DNA from: Tubulanus polymorphus
Lineage: Eukaryota > Animalia > Nemertea
DNA: 64,000 bases
Assembly: GCF_964204645.1 (NCBI RefSeq)
Contig: NC_134030.1
Span: 665,355 to 729,354, forward strand
Direction: 5' to 3'
Shown here one piece after another: positions 53,501-64,000 of the stretch. Made by a program: the position numbers and the translations under genes. A model generated the notes under the pieces. It did no database searches and had not been told where the DNA came from. It saw only the letters and a program-made list of their open reading frames with translations. Positions within the stretch are counted from its first letter, which is position 1, and each line of letters opens with the position of its first letter.

Positions 53501-56500
53501 AGGCGAAGAACTCGATTTTTACCAACCTGATGACATTACTGGGAGGAATACTATGCGGAATAACTCTCTCTTTAAGGTTGCGAACGCGCCTTTTAGCATC
53601 GGCGTCGATTTCACCTTTACTCTGATCCCAATCTACGTATCTTGAATAGAAACACACAAATAACTCGATTGAAAAATACAAAAAACAAAGAGAAGCTGAA
53701 GAAAATCTATATGAGATGCATCTTAAGGGACCGATTTTATAGATCGGGAATCAAAGTTACCCCTAGTGGTAAATCCCCAACACGGGCTCGGTTTTAAAGA
53801 CTTATCATCAAACTTTACCGTAGTGGTAAGTCATCAACATGGGTTAGGTTTCCTGGGTAGAAAAGTAACCCGTAGGGTAAATCCCTGGGCCAGGTTTCAC
53901 AGTCTGAAATATCTTTGAAACCGGCACAAAATGATTCGTTTGTATGTCAGAATTATGCGCTAACATTTAATAAGAACCACCCTTAACTACCCATGAGAAA
54001 CATTATACAGTAACATACTTTTTAATTTTGTCGATGTGAAGATATCGTTCAAGGTCAGTTATTCGACGTGTAAAACAGATAACAGTACCGGCAACGTTGT
54101 CCTTGACCTTCGTGATGCCCTCGTGAAGTTCGTTTTCCGTTACTGTAAAATAATTAAAAGATAATTATGAACATTAATCGTTGCCTCGGTTGAAAGGGTG
54201 CAGGTGGTTGAGAAGAGTGGTTCACTGGCAGAAAGAGTATGGTTGCCTGATGGGAAGATGGAGGTTCCCAGAGTGAATAGGTAATTGCCAGACTGAAAGG
54301 AGGGGTTCCTAGATAACGAGGTTGGGTTGGTCCCTATAGGTAGGAATGGTTCCGGCCTAGGGGACTACTAGTGTCTGAAATCTGTAGATTGTTGTTATTA
54401 TCTATATGAACAGTAAATAGCCTACCTGAACACGTGTATTTCCTGCTGGTTTGTTGACTCATTAACTTCTGTTCGACACATTGTTTTACAGTGTCAGTGA
54501 ATACAGTTCTCATGCGCGACTCATCCTTGTACCACCATTCTTTGGGACTCTTCTCGCCCAGTACACTTTTCACTGGTTGTAGTAGGAACTCCGGCGGCAA
54601 ACTATTCTCATCTTTCTATAATTAATCATTGTCACAATTTGAATTATGAAACATGTTTCAGATGGTCTGCGGTTGATCTAGCGGATCTTACAATCAAGTT
54701 AACACCCATCGATTTCAAAATCGAACCCCCTGTTTCGCTCCCGGCAGGTGTGGTGGGTCTGTAAGGGACACTCAATCAGAAAATCAAACAAAATTTACCA
54801 ACCTAATAAATAACAGGGATAATCCCTATTTTAAGATCAAACACCCACAATAAGAAGAAAAACTAGGAGATAGTCTTACGTTTCAACTCAAATTTATGAG
54901 CCATTTCCAGAAATGTATTTTAAAGCCTGTCACTAGACAGTCACGTGTCTATGATGACTAAAAAGACTTAGTATCTTATTTCACATGAGATTGTGACACG
55001 TGTCTATTCATTTGTATTACTTGTTTTTGTAAATCATTTCGTATGAATATATCACCATACGTTAGATACGTAATTCAATGTTGTTTTACCTTGTACCACT
55101 TGTTGAGTAGATCGACCGACATATCATTATCCTGAATGCAAAGTGTAATGCTCTCAAACTCATCAGCTGGTATTCTATACGGTAACATACGACTCCCATA
55201 TTTCTCTCCTAACATCAACTGCAACATCAACATCGATACATCTACATAATCATCTTAATAATACTTGGATCTAGTTCAACAGTTGAGGTGGATTAGGCCA
55301 CAAAACTGATACCCTGTTTCTTCACTCTGTTGAGCTTAGACCCGGCCGGTCGTCTATATACCCTTAACATAACCTTGAAAAAATACGTGATCAAGCTAAT
55401 CATAACCTTGGAATAATTCAGTCAGATTACTCCAAGCCATAACAGACAAGCTATCATTATTTTCAGCCTTACTCGCGTTGTTAGATATGGTCGAATTTCA
55501 TTAAAGCGAATAGGAATATAGTTGATAACACAGATGATAAGAAGTACAGAAGCTGTAGCGATTATTTCTACGTACCACGAAGTTCGGCCCTGCGGATAAT
55601 CTTTGACATTCTTGTATTTGCTTCAAACACAATTCAGTTGTCGTATGATTCTCGCTCGCCTTGGCAGGAATTCCCCACCTCATGTCAACTACCTGTAAAC
55701 CAACAATGAATAGATTAGACCATCTAGCAGCATCTCCAGCGATTTCATCAAGATGTTCTCCCAAACAGAGACCACAAATTTGATGATTTTATATCAAAAG
55801 CAGTTGGAGTGCCCTTTCGAATCATATACTCGTATTCAAACATAAATCTCCCGATTCCCCGTTGAATATCAAACGGACGTTTTTAATTTTAAAAAATCAC
55901 TTCAAATCTTACTTCATATCATGTTATTATTAATTTGAGATCAGATGTAATGTTTTCTGTCCAATAACTACACACTAGGGACTGTCTCTAGTTTTGGAAG
56001 TGGCCAGGGGGACCTCAGTGGCCTTACTGATTTGCGGGGCCGGACGCAGAAAAAAGCTGCTTAGCCTATCCGTGCCCTTATCCATGGTTTAGCTAACTAG
56101 CTTAGAATAAGAGGCCGCACGAAAACATTGGTTACAAATAACAGCGTTTTCCTGCGCCCGCCTCAGGTGATCAATCTTATTCTTAATCAGGGCCATCGGT
56201 AAAGTTCCGTGCCACCATCTGTCCATCCAATCCCTCCCCTTTCCACCCATCTCCATCCACCCTTCTACTTTCAGTTTGATCGTCAGTAACTCGTTCACCT
56301 GGAATTCGAAGCCGTATTTATCTCGGCAATATTTCTTCACTACCGGAAACACGTTTTGCATGGCAGCATTGCGTTCAGCTCGAGTGTCTGAAATTAGAAA
56401 AACAAATATGTTAATGAATAATGGTGTTTATTTTCATCCAGTGCGCATTAACACAGACTTATAAAGCTCTGAATAAATAATACAGAATAAACGATAAGAT

Positions 56501-57700
56501 TACTTATACAGCATATTCAAAAAACTTAGTCATCAGGCCATCCTGAATGGTCTGTTAACCGTAACCCGACCGACCCGACTTCAAAGGTACCGAGTGATAA
56601 CTTTTTTTCGGGATTCATTGAAATGAATTCTATTTTTGATATTGTTTCCATATGAAGAAGGTGATAGATTTGTTTTTTTTTGCCCTAAAATTTTGCAAAA
56701 AATATTTCTACCTACCGACTCATCCTTAAAATTTAAGTCGGTGTTTACGGCAAACAGACATTTATTTTAGGATGGCCGTACACAGTTCAATTACAATCTA
56801 TCCCTTAAATAATGAGACGAGGATAACTATATAGGATAACTATTTATTTGACATTACGAGCTTTCGCTAAAGCTTCATCGAGTGAATGAGAATCTTTATT
56901 CTAAACCCGGTTAACGCAGCTACTGTATATGAATCTAACCCTTGATAATGCGCCTAACGCCAGGTTTTTCCAGAGACGGATGTATTTTTGACTTGCAATT
57001 GTATAGTAAAGATAAACCCCACAGATACAGCACCATACTCTCTATACAGCCAAATTCCTATAGTTGGTACCCTTACTACAGTCAGGGGCGTAGCCACCGG
57101 TGCGACAACTGCAACATATGTCGCACCTATAATTGAAAAACACATTAAGCTAAAACGTCATAATTAACGTTATTCTACTGATAATCGACTGTTCTTCCAG
57201 AGGACGGAATGTCTGTATTTTGACTTGCAACTAATACCGGTATTTATCCCAGATACTCTATATATAGCCAAAATCCCAAATCGCCGATATGGGACCCTAA
57301 CTACCCCTGACCGAGTGTGTGAATAAATATCATTTTTAAAATGGGTTTTTCAGCCTCTTAGATAAATTCATAATACTTCTCGCTTAAATCACGAATGAAT
57401 TCCGGCAGCGAATTTAATATAGGGGCCTATACTCACGTAGCTTAAAGATTTAGAATAATTTTTCATTCTTCGTGTGTTGTGTGAATTACCCAAGCTTGGC
57501 CGTATTCAACGACGTACTATAATATGCAAGGAGTTGTTATCCAAGTTAGATTTGTGGCTATAAAATGTTTGATTATTATTTTTACCTGTGAACGTCGAGC
57601 TCAGGAAGACGCGTACGATTTTCGAATGTAGAATTGGCAGATCTTCCAACGGTCTTTGACCTCTGAGGACATCGAGAGGTCCAGTGTCTCCCGACGGCAT
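47588..57700 (-). CDS. NACHT and WD40 repeat protein (NWD1/NWD2-like STAND NTPase) with N-terminal DUF4062-like domain, 1721 aa, 11 coding exons
   Basis: Hand-spliced GT-AG exons: 57700-57586, 56387-56299, 55692-55576, 55218-55090, 54615-54426, 54142-54019, 53640-53527, 53228-53122, 52361-49716, 49478-49290, 48933-47588. Phases are consistent and the total is 5166 nt. N-terminal VRVFLSSTFTD..AERN..VDMRWG is the DUF4062/NWD signature. Walker A VHGQTGIGKTS, Walker B LVLYLDALNQL, the NWD motifs ASRNGLSDSEVEDLLSLDDDVL and RRIPPSLWTRIRSDI, and C-terminal WD40-like repeats (LHLWDL, LQVWNL, ILIGSEDGRV) are present. Confidence 0.93.
52443..53075. repeat. 27-bp minisatellite in NWD intron 8
   Basis: Unit GGATCTGGAAGGTGGGCGATGCCAAGT. 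Confidence 0.93.
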
Positions 57701-57993
57701 TCTCGCCCGAGTGAAGATAATCTCTAAACTAAATAGAATAATTCCGATAAGCCTTAACGGTCCATCGCTGCTCCACACATTTCATGTTTACAAAAAAAAC
57801 AATTCGTCCTCAAAATATAAGCGAATTTGTTGCGAAATTATTTATGAAATCGAGCGAAATATAGTTGGTTTATAAGGTATACTGGATTTTTATTTTGTTT
57901 TTGGAAGTAACTGTCAGTCAGCTCGCATACACCATACAGCGCTAAACGTCGATATAGGGTTGGTTTTTGGTGTCTTAATTGAATAAAATCTAA

Positions 57994-58210
57994 GGCAAAC
58001 AAAAATTGATACCTTGTTTCTCCGCTCTGCTGAGCTTAAATGTTGACCCGGCCGCCTATCTACCCTATACATTACTTTTTTTTAAAATCGTGATCAATTT
58101 TACCATAACAGCCCCGGCCGCTATAGAAATGAACTGTTTATAAATTTTATCATATTTTACAAAAATGACCCGGCCGCTGCGGAGAAACAAGGTATCATTT
58201 TTGTTTAGCC
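57994..58210. mobile_element. PIF/Harbinger-type MITE
   Basis: About 30-bp TIR GGCAAACAAAAATTGATACCTTGTTTCTCCGC with TAA on both flanks; a related copy lies at about 55295-55430. Confidence 0.7.
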
Positions 58211-59714
58211 TAAGAGAGGGTATTCATTTGACGTTTCGATCCTATCCTATGTTCTGTATTGAATTTGAAAATGTCCCGTATAACCAAATTTAACTCGATT
58301 ATTTTCTCTTCGTAATTGTAGATTTTTTGTTTATTCGATTCTCAGGGGAAAAAAATCTCGCAAATCTCTCACAGGAAATCTCTAAAATTTCATTCAATCC
58401 CGAATCCTTAAAATCACAGTTATGTGAGAAATGAATATAAACAATCTTACAATCATAAATCCACAGTTGTGATAGGAACCACCCGAATAGATATATTCCT
58501 CCTATAAAACAATTTTTAGTTAATTCATGAAATCGTGAATTTTTTCAAATCTTTTACATTGTTAGTTCTATTCGATCGAATGAAACTGATGGAGATTTCC
58601 GCGACTTACCTACTTTTAACACAGCACGAAGTGTCGTTATTTCAGTACAGATTTAGTCCAGTGGATCCTCCTCAGTAAAACACTATTAGGGCATTATAAA
58701 CCGCTGTTGCTATTTATGTGTTTCGATAACATGTATTTATATATAAACCCCCCGCGTACGAACACGGGTCAGTACTGGGGTTATTCTCAATCATGAGATA
58801 ATCCAATGGTCGTCGTCACCGTTAATCCGTTAAATTAATCCCTAACAGATTGACCGCCGTTAGTGCATTTGGACACGTAAATACCGCAGATATATAAAAC
58901 ACGTGAAAACATTTTGAGATCTTATAAAATTTTATTATTATTTCGAGATATAAATAACTTAACGGAGGAATTCCTAAAATCAGAAAGGAAAAAGAGTAAT
59001 GTTTCCTCGAGTTAATGGTTTATTCGATGCTTTGGACTTTGTTCTAATAGTCGTCTATACAGAGTGACCACTTTCAACGTAATCAATTTACAAATTCCCT
59101 GAGCTTTTCCATGTGATTACACAAAATTCCCCCTGAGTGAATCCAAGGAATTTCTAGGTTTTAAAATGATTCAATTCATTAAGTTTTTAAGAATCACATA
59201 TTGATAAAGAAACACAATAGCGTTCAATAGCATTATCCAAATTCCTTGAGTTTTCCAAGGATTTCCAGGAATTAGTCAAATTTCCTGATATTTTTAAATA
59301 GATTTTTCTAATTCCCAGAATTTTCCAGGTCCACCCTGCTTTAGGAAAACTGAGTTTACAAAAATATGCGATATAATACGGTAGAATACAAATACACAAA
59401 CTAGTTGAAGCAAACTAGGGGTATGACAGTTAAAAATCCAAATATGGGGACCGTTTTAAGGCGTTTTAAAAATTTCTCGGAAAATTGTTTCTTTTTGCAT
59501 TTTATAAAGATATATGAATGACAAATTCTATAAAGAAAAAATATAGCCATCAAATAGCACTGGAGAACACCAAAATTTCGAAATATTCCGAGGAGGACCC
59601 CATACCCCTTCGGTGGCTTCGTACCCTTGACGATTACTTTTGTGCCCTTCAGTACCGTGGTCCCCCACCTTCCAAAATCCTATTATCGGCAATTTTGACT
59701 TTTGACTGAAATAT

Positions 59715-61503
59715 TTAGTATTTACTATCATAAGGAGGCGGGGTGCCATAGTTCATTGGTGGAGGTGGTGCACCCGCTGGAGGATAGGGGGCGTTGTTTG
59801 GAGGACCTCCATAGTAGTTTGTCGGTGGAGGTGGTGCATTCGCTGGTGGATAGGGGGCGTTGTTCTGAGGGCCGCTGTACGCATTATGCGCTGCAGCTCC
59901 CCCGTACACTACTGTTGACGAGGCTGGTCCATTCACTGAAATAAAACAACAAACATACGTAGATGTGTTTAGATAAAAAAACCATGTTCACGTTGGAGGG
60001 GTAAATTATAGTACCTTGGTTCATCGCCTTGCGTCGCTTTATAAACCAAAACGCAAAACCACCTAATAGACAGCCAATCACCAGAATACTGACAACCACT
60101 GGCACTATGAGAGCAGTATTACTACAAATAAATCAATCATCTTTAACATTGCAAGGATCGTCTGCACGCTTTACTGGTTCTGAGCACCAGGGGGCGTTTC
60201 ACGGACGAATTGAGGTTTCATTATTATATCATTAATCCTTAACTTCTTGAAACAGAAACAGACCCGGGTTTTAGAAACTGGTGGTATCTAACTAACATTT
60301 ACTATAGGCCCGCGGTTTCATAGTAAAGGATACGGACTCACTAAGCGGAGACTAAGAGACGTATTAAAGGGGTCATCCCACAATAGATACACCCAAAAAT
60401 AAAAAGTTCTATGGTCAAATGATCGATGCATCAGGCGTCGAAATATATACTATCTTACTATAGAACCTTTTGGCTAAATCTATTGTCGGATTTGTCTCTC
60501 GTTGTTGACAAGCAACATACCTGCTTCCGCAATCGCTTTTCTGAGTTGTTGTTGGTGGATTGTCATGTTGTGGTATCCTATATCCCTCTCTACTGCAACA
60601 GTATTTGATGACGTCCCTGCCCGTTCCTCTGCAACAGAATTCCCCATTGGTGCAATATTCAGCGTCGAACCACGTCAAGCCGCTACTAGTACAGAAAGCA
60701 GTGCACACAGAGGCTGTGAACACGAGAAATCATTAATAACATATAATTAATTACTGAAGTGAACGTTACCGGGTTCGAACCGTCTTATAGCACGTCGATA
60801 TCATATTAAACATTTTCCTTACTCATATTCGAACCAACACATTCCCCTCACCCACCTACACAGCATTCCCCTCACCCACCTACACAGCATTCCCCTCACC
60901 CACCTACACACAGCATTCCCCTCACCCACCTACACAGCATTCCCCTCACACACCTACACAGCATTCCACTCATCCACCTACACAACATTCCACTCACCCA
61001 TCTACACAGCATTCCCCTCACCCACCTACACAGCATTCCCCTCACCCACCTACACAGCATTCCCCTCATCCACCTACACACAGCATTCCCCTCACCCACC
61101 TACACACAGCATTCCCCTAACCCACCTACACACAGCATTCCCCTCACCCACCTACACACAGCATTCCCCTCACCAACCTACACACAACATTCCCCTCACC
61201 CACCTACACACAGCATTCCCCTCACCCACCACACAACATTCCCCTCAGCATTCCCCTCACCCACCTACACAGCATTCCCCTCACCCACCTACACAGCACC
61301 CCTCACCCACCATCACAGCACCCCTCACCCATCAACACAACATTCCCCTCACCCATCCACTCACTGCCACAATCAGATTACCTACCATTGTACCCAGTAA
61401 CAGAGTATATATCCACAATCAGTATCAATCCGATCAAACACACGATCGTATTAGTTTCTGATATTCGCCCGCACATTATTTTAACAGCAGTAAAATCATA
61501 CAT
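59715..61503 (-). CDS. Shisa-like single-pass membrane protein, copy F (212 aa)
   Basis: Exons 61503-61386, 60713-60521, 60121-60015, 59935-59715; 639 nt; ends PPPYDSKY. Confidence 0.88.
60838..61360. repeat. 24/26-bp C-rich minisatellite in intron 1 of copy F
   Basis: Unit CATTCCCCTCACCCACCTACACAG; related tracts occur in intron 1 of copies A-E. Confidence 0.93.
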
Positions 61504-63588
61504 CTTACTCGGCCACATTCAATAGTGATTAACGCTGTGTAGTTCTACTGCGAGACTCGCATCGAAAAACAGTACAACAGCAGGAGCTGCTGTGTTGATG
61601 GACGAGTAGTTTTTTGTCGATATGTTTCGTAGATAACAGCGCGGCCTTACTCATTCCTATGCCGGTGTTACAATCAGATATCAACACTGATTATGCCAGG
61701 ACAACGTTTTTATTTGTCAACTCTTCCAATAACTGGGGCAACTAAATATTAAAACATACACTTATAACCACTAGGAAAAAAAACGACTGGCAGACACTAA
61801 TAATCGAGAGGACACGACGATGACTCAGAGACTCCGGATTGGGCGTTTTATATACAGAAACCACTCAGTATCCATGACTCATTGACAAATACCGGTGCTG
61901 CTGGTCTCCACAGTTAACAGGTCACCGCACTGAGGACCAGGCGGCAAACTTGTATAACAATAACATAACTGAGACAATCGCTCAGTCCATTTAGAGGCAA
62001 GGTGCGGGAGGCAGTTGCCCCCAAGAGAAAGTTTGGAAAAGTGTCCTTTGTGCGATGAGGGTGGTGTAGGCGAGTGGAATCGACTCTTGAGAGTTCTGGT
62101 CGTGGGTTCGAAACCCAAACATTACCGGGCTAGTGTTCTCGGCCAAGAGACCTATTCATTTTTTTGGTTATATATCAAAATTCCTGGATCCGTCCGTCCG
62201 TGCCACTGCCCAGAGAAGCCGTTCGATAGGCCCTGACCGTATGTATTGACTTCTTTAGATTCAAGCGTCAATTATTTTGCTTTAGTTGAAACGAAATACT
62301 CGAAACTACACTCATCAATGAAAACTTCTCGGACATTTTTTCTTATAAAATGTTTGATGTTTCATAAGTTGAGTTTAGAGTATTTAGTCCGGCGTGCACG
62401 GTGTACTTCCGAAATTAGAATGGTTTTTGCCGGTACATAATAAGACCGAAGTAATGGTTCGTTCAGATCCGATACAATGTTGGTACCCTCCTTTCGTAGG
62501 AGCCTTCCATGGCTATTTATCAAGATTTATTGCATATTATTTGATTATAGCCGAAACGTTGCTCTTTAGACGAGACAATTTAGAAATATCGGTTATGCAC
62601 CTAAATTATAGTTGATATGAATCTATCATAAGAGATTAATTAGTAGGATTACGGATTATCCGTAAATTACTTTATCCGTTCTTAGTCTCTTGCCGCGAAG
62701 TGGGAATTCTTCGTGTTCTAATCTCAACCTGCTTTTCATCAAATATCCAATCAAAAAATCCAGAAACAATTTATTACCAATAATTTAAGGTGTACCTTTA
62801 TTTAGTTAATACTTCAGTGATCGACCATGTGAAATACATAAGGCATTTACTCTGCAGAGATCATAGAAACAAAGTGAGAGAAATATGTGAATTAAGCCGT
62901 TTAACATTTAAAAATTTGACATTTAAATAAATAAATGACCACAAATTTTACTCTGTTTTCAGTAAAAAAGAAGTTTCTTTTTCAATACAACCAGATTGTT
63001 CAAATTTCTATTTTGACTGTATTCACTAAATTGAATTATAGCTTCTTTTAAATCAAAAACTACCAATGAATTATCTTCGATCAGCTACAACTGAACCCAA
63101 TATTACCTTAAATCATTTATTACAAAAATCAGTTCTAAAAAATTACATACAAAATCGACTACATTATTGTACTATTAACTACAATTAACATCTAAATAAC
63201 ATCTTTCAGTGGAATGTGGTGAAATCTAAATTACGTATTTTGATTCTATCTTGCAAGAAAAAACTCTCATGGCAGGGATACCAGGGGTTGGTAGATCACT
63301 ATAGGAACTGAAATCAACTCCAGAAAAAATTCGACTCCAGTTTATGGACGGTTCTCTACACGTTCATACAGTTCTTCTGAGACTCCAGCATGGGCAAAAC
63401 CTCAAAATAGGGCGGCCCCAGCCTGTGATACCCGGTAGTGAGGCCCAGCACCGACTGAGCCCTTACACAGCTCCAGCGTCCGCTGCATGGCCTCCAGTGT
63501 CCACTACGAGAGGTCCAGCAAGGCTCCAGCATCCGCTGTGCTCTAGGAACTCATTTTAATAGCACCATTCTACATAATTATCACAAAA

Positions 63589-63954
63589 ATCATCATCTAT
63601 TGTTGAGTATTTCTATAGCGACCGCCAGCCCGAATCCGAAAAAGACGAACAGTCCAAACGGTGCAGCGGTAGTCAGGACGATATCTAGACTTGAGAAAAT
63701 TCAAAATAAAAGAGAAATATTAAAAATATATCAATTATCAGTAGCTCCTCCTGGTGGTGAATGAGAGGTTTGAATACGATGTTTATATGTACCTCGGTTC
63801 TGATTATTGTCACTAGGGGGCACCCAATGTTTCGATCGTTTAACGGCTTCGTTCCATCTTTCGAAACGATCGTCACGATCTAAAAATACAACAGACAAAA
63901 ACTTCACAACAAACACGGCAGTTATTAAAACAGTTATAGGTGACATTTTTGTCA
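63589..63954 (-). other. Possible exons of another membrane-protein gene or pseudogene running off the window end
   Basis: Two hydrophobic segments preceded by AG: TKMSPITVLITAVFVVKFLSVVFL (donor near 63792) and DIVLTTAAPFGLFVFFGFGLAVAIEIL. No family recognised. Confidence 0.25.
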
Positions 63955-64000
63955 CTTAGAAACCAGATCTCGAACCATACGCCCCCATTTGTTTTCATGG

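Overview
AT-rich, intron-containing eukaryotic DNA, most likely from an invertebrate animal; most ORFs in the six-frame track are spurious. All gene models and alignments below were worked out by hand. (i) 1-~24 kb is a scrambled mosaic of duplicated and inverted segments and satellites. Embedded in it are many short, splice-site-flanked, mostly phase-0/0 micro-exons. These include about 17 copies of an 'MPKA-x-(K/R)-K-x-x-GAGPSTSSPY' cassette, poly-Q and TP/SP-rich exons, and an NLS-bearing terminal exon. (ii) 28-47 kb and 59.7-61.5 kb hold a tandem family of six intact 4-exon Shisa-like single-pass membrane genes on the minus strand (signal peptide, Cys-rich ectodomain, TM, PPxY-rich tail) plus one divergent partial copy on the plus strand. 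(iii) An 11-exon, 1721-aa DUF4062-NACHT-WD40 (NWD1/NWD2-like STAND) gene ending in a CaaX box lies inside that array at 47588-57700; its 3' end was co-duplicated with one receptor gene. Also present: a Penelope-type insertion carrying four minimal hammerhead ribozyme motifs, a 542-bp foldback element, several MITEs and many minisatellites.
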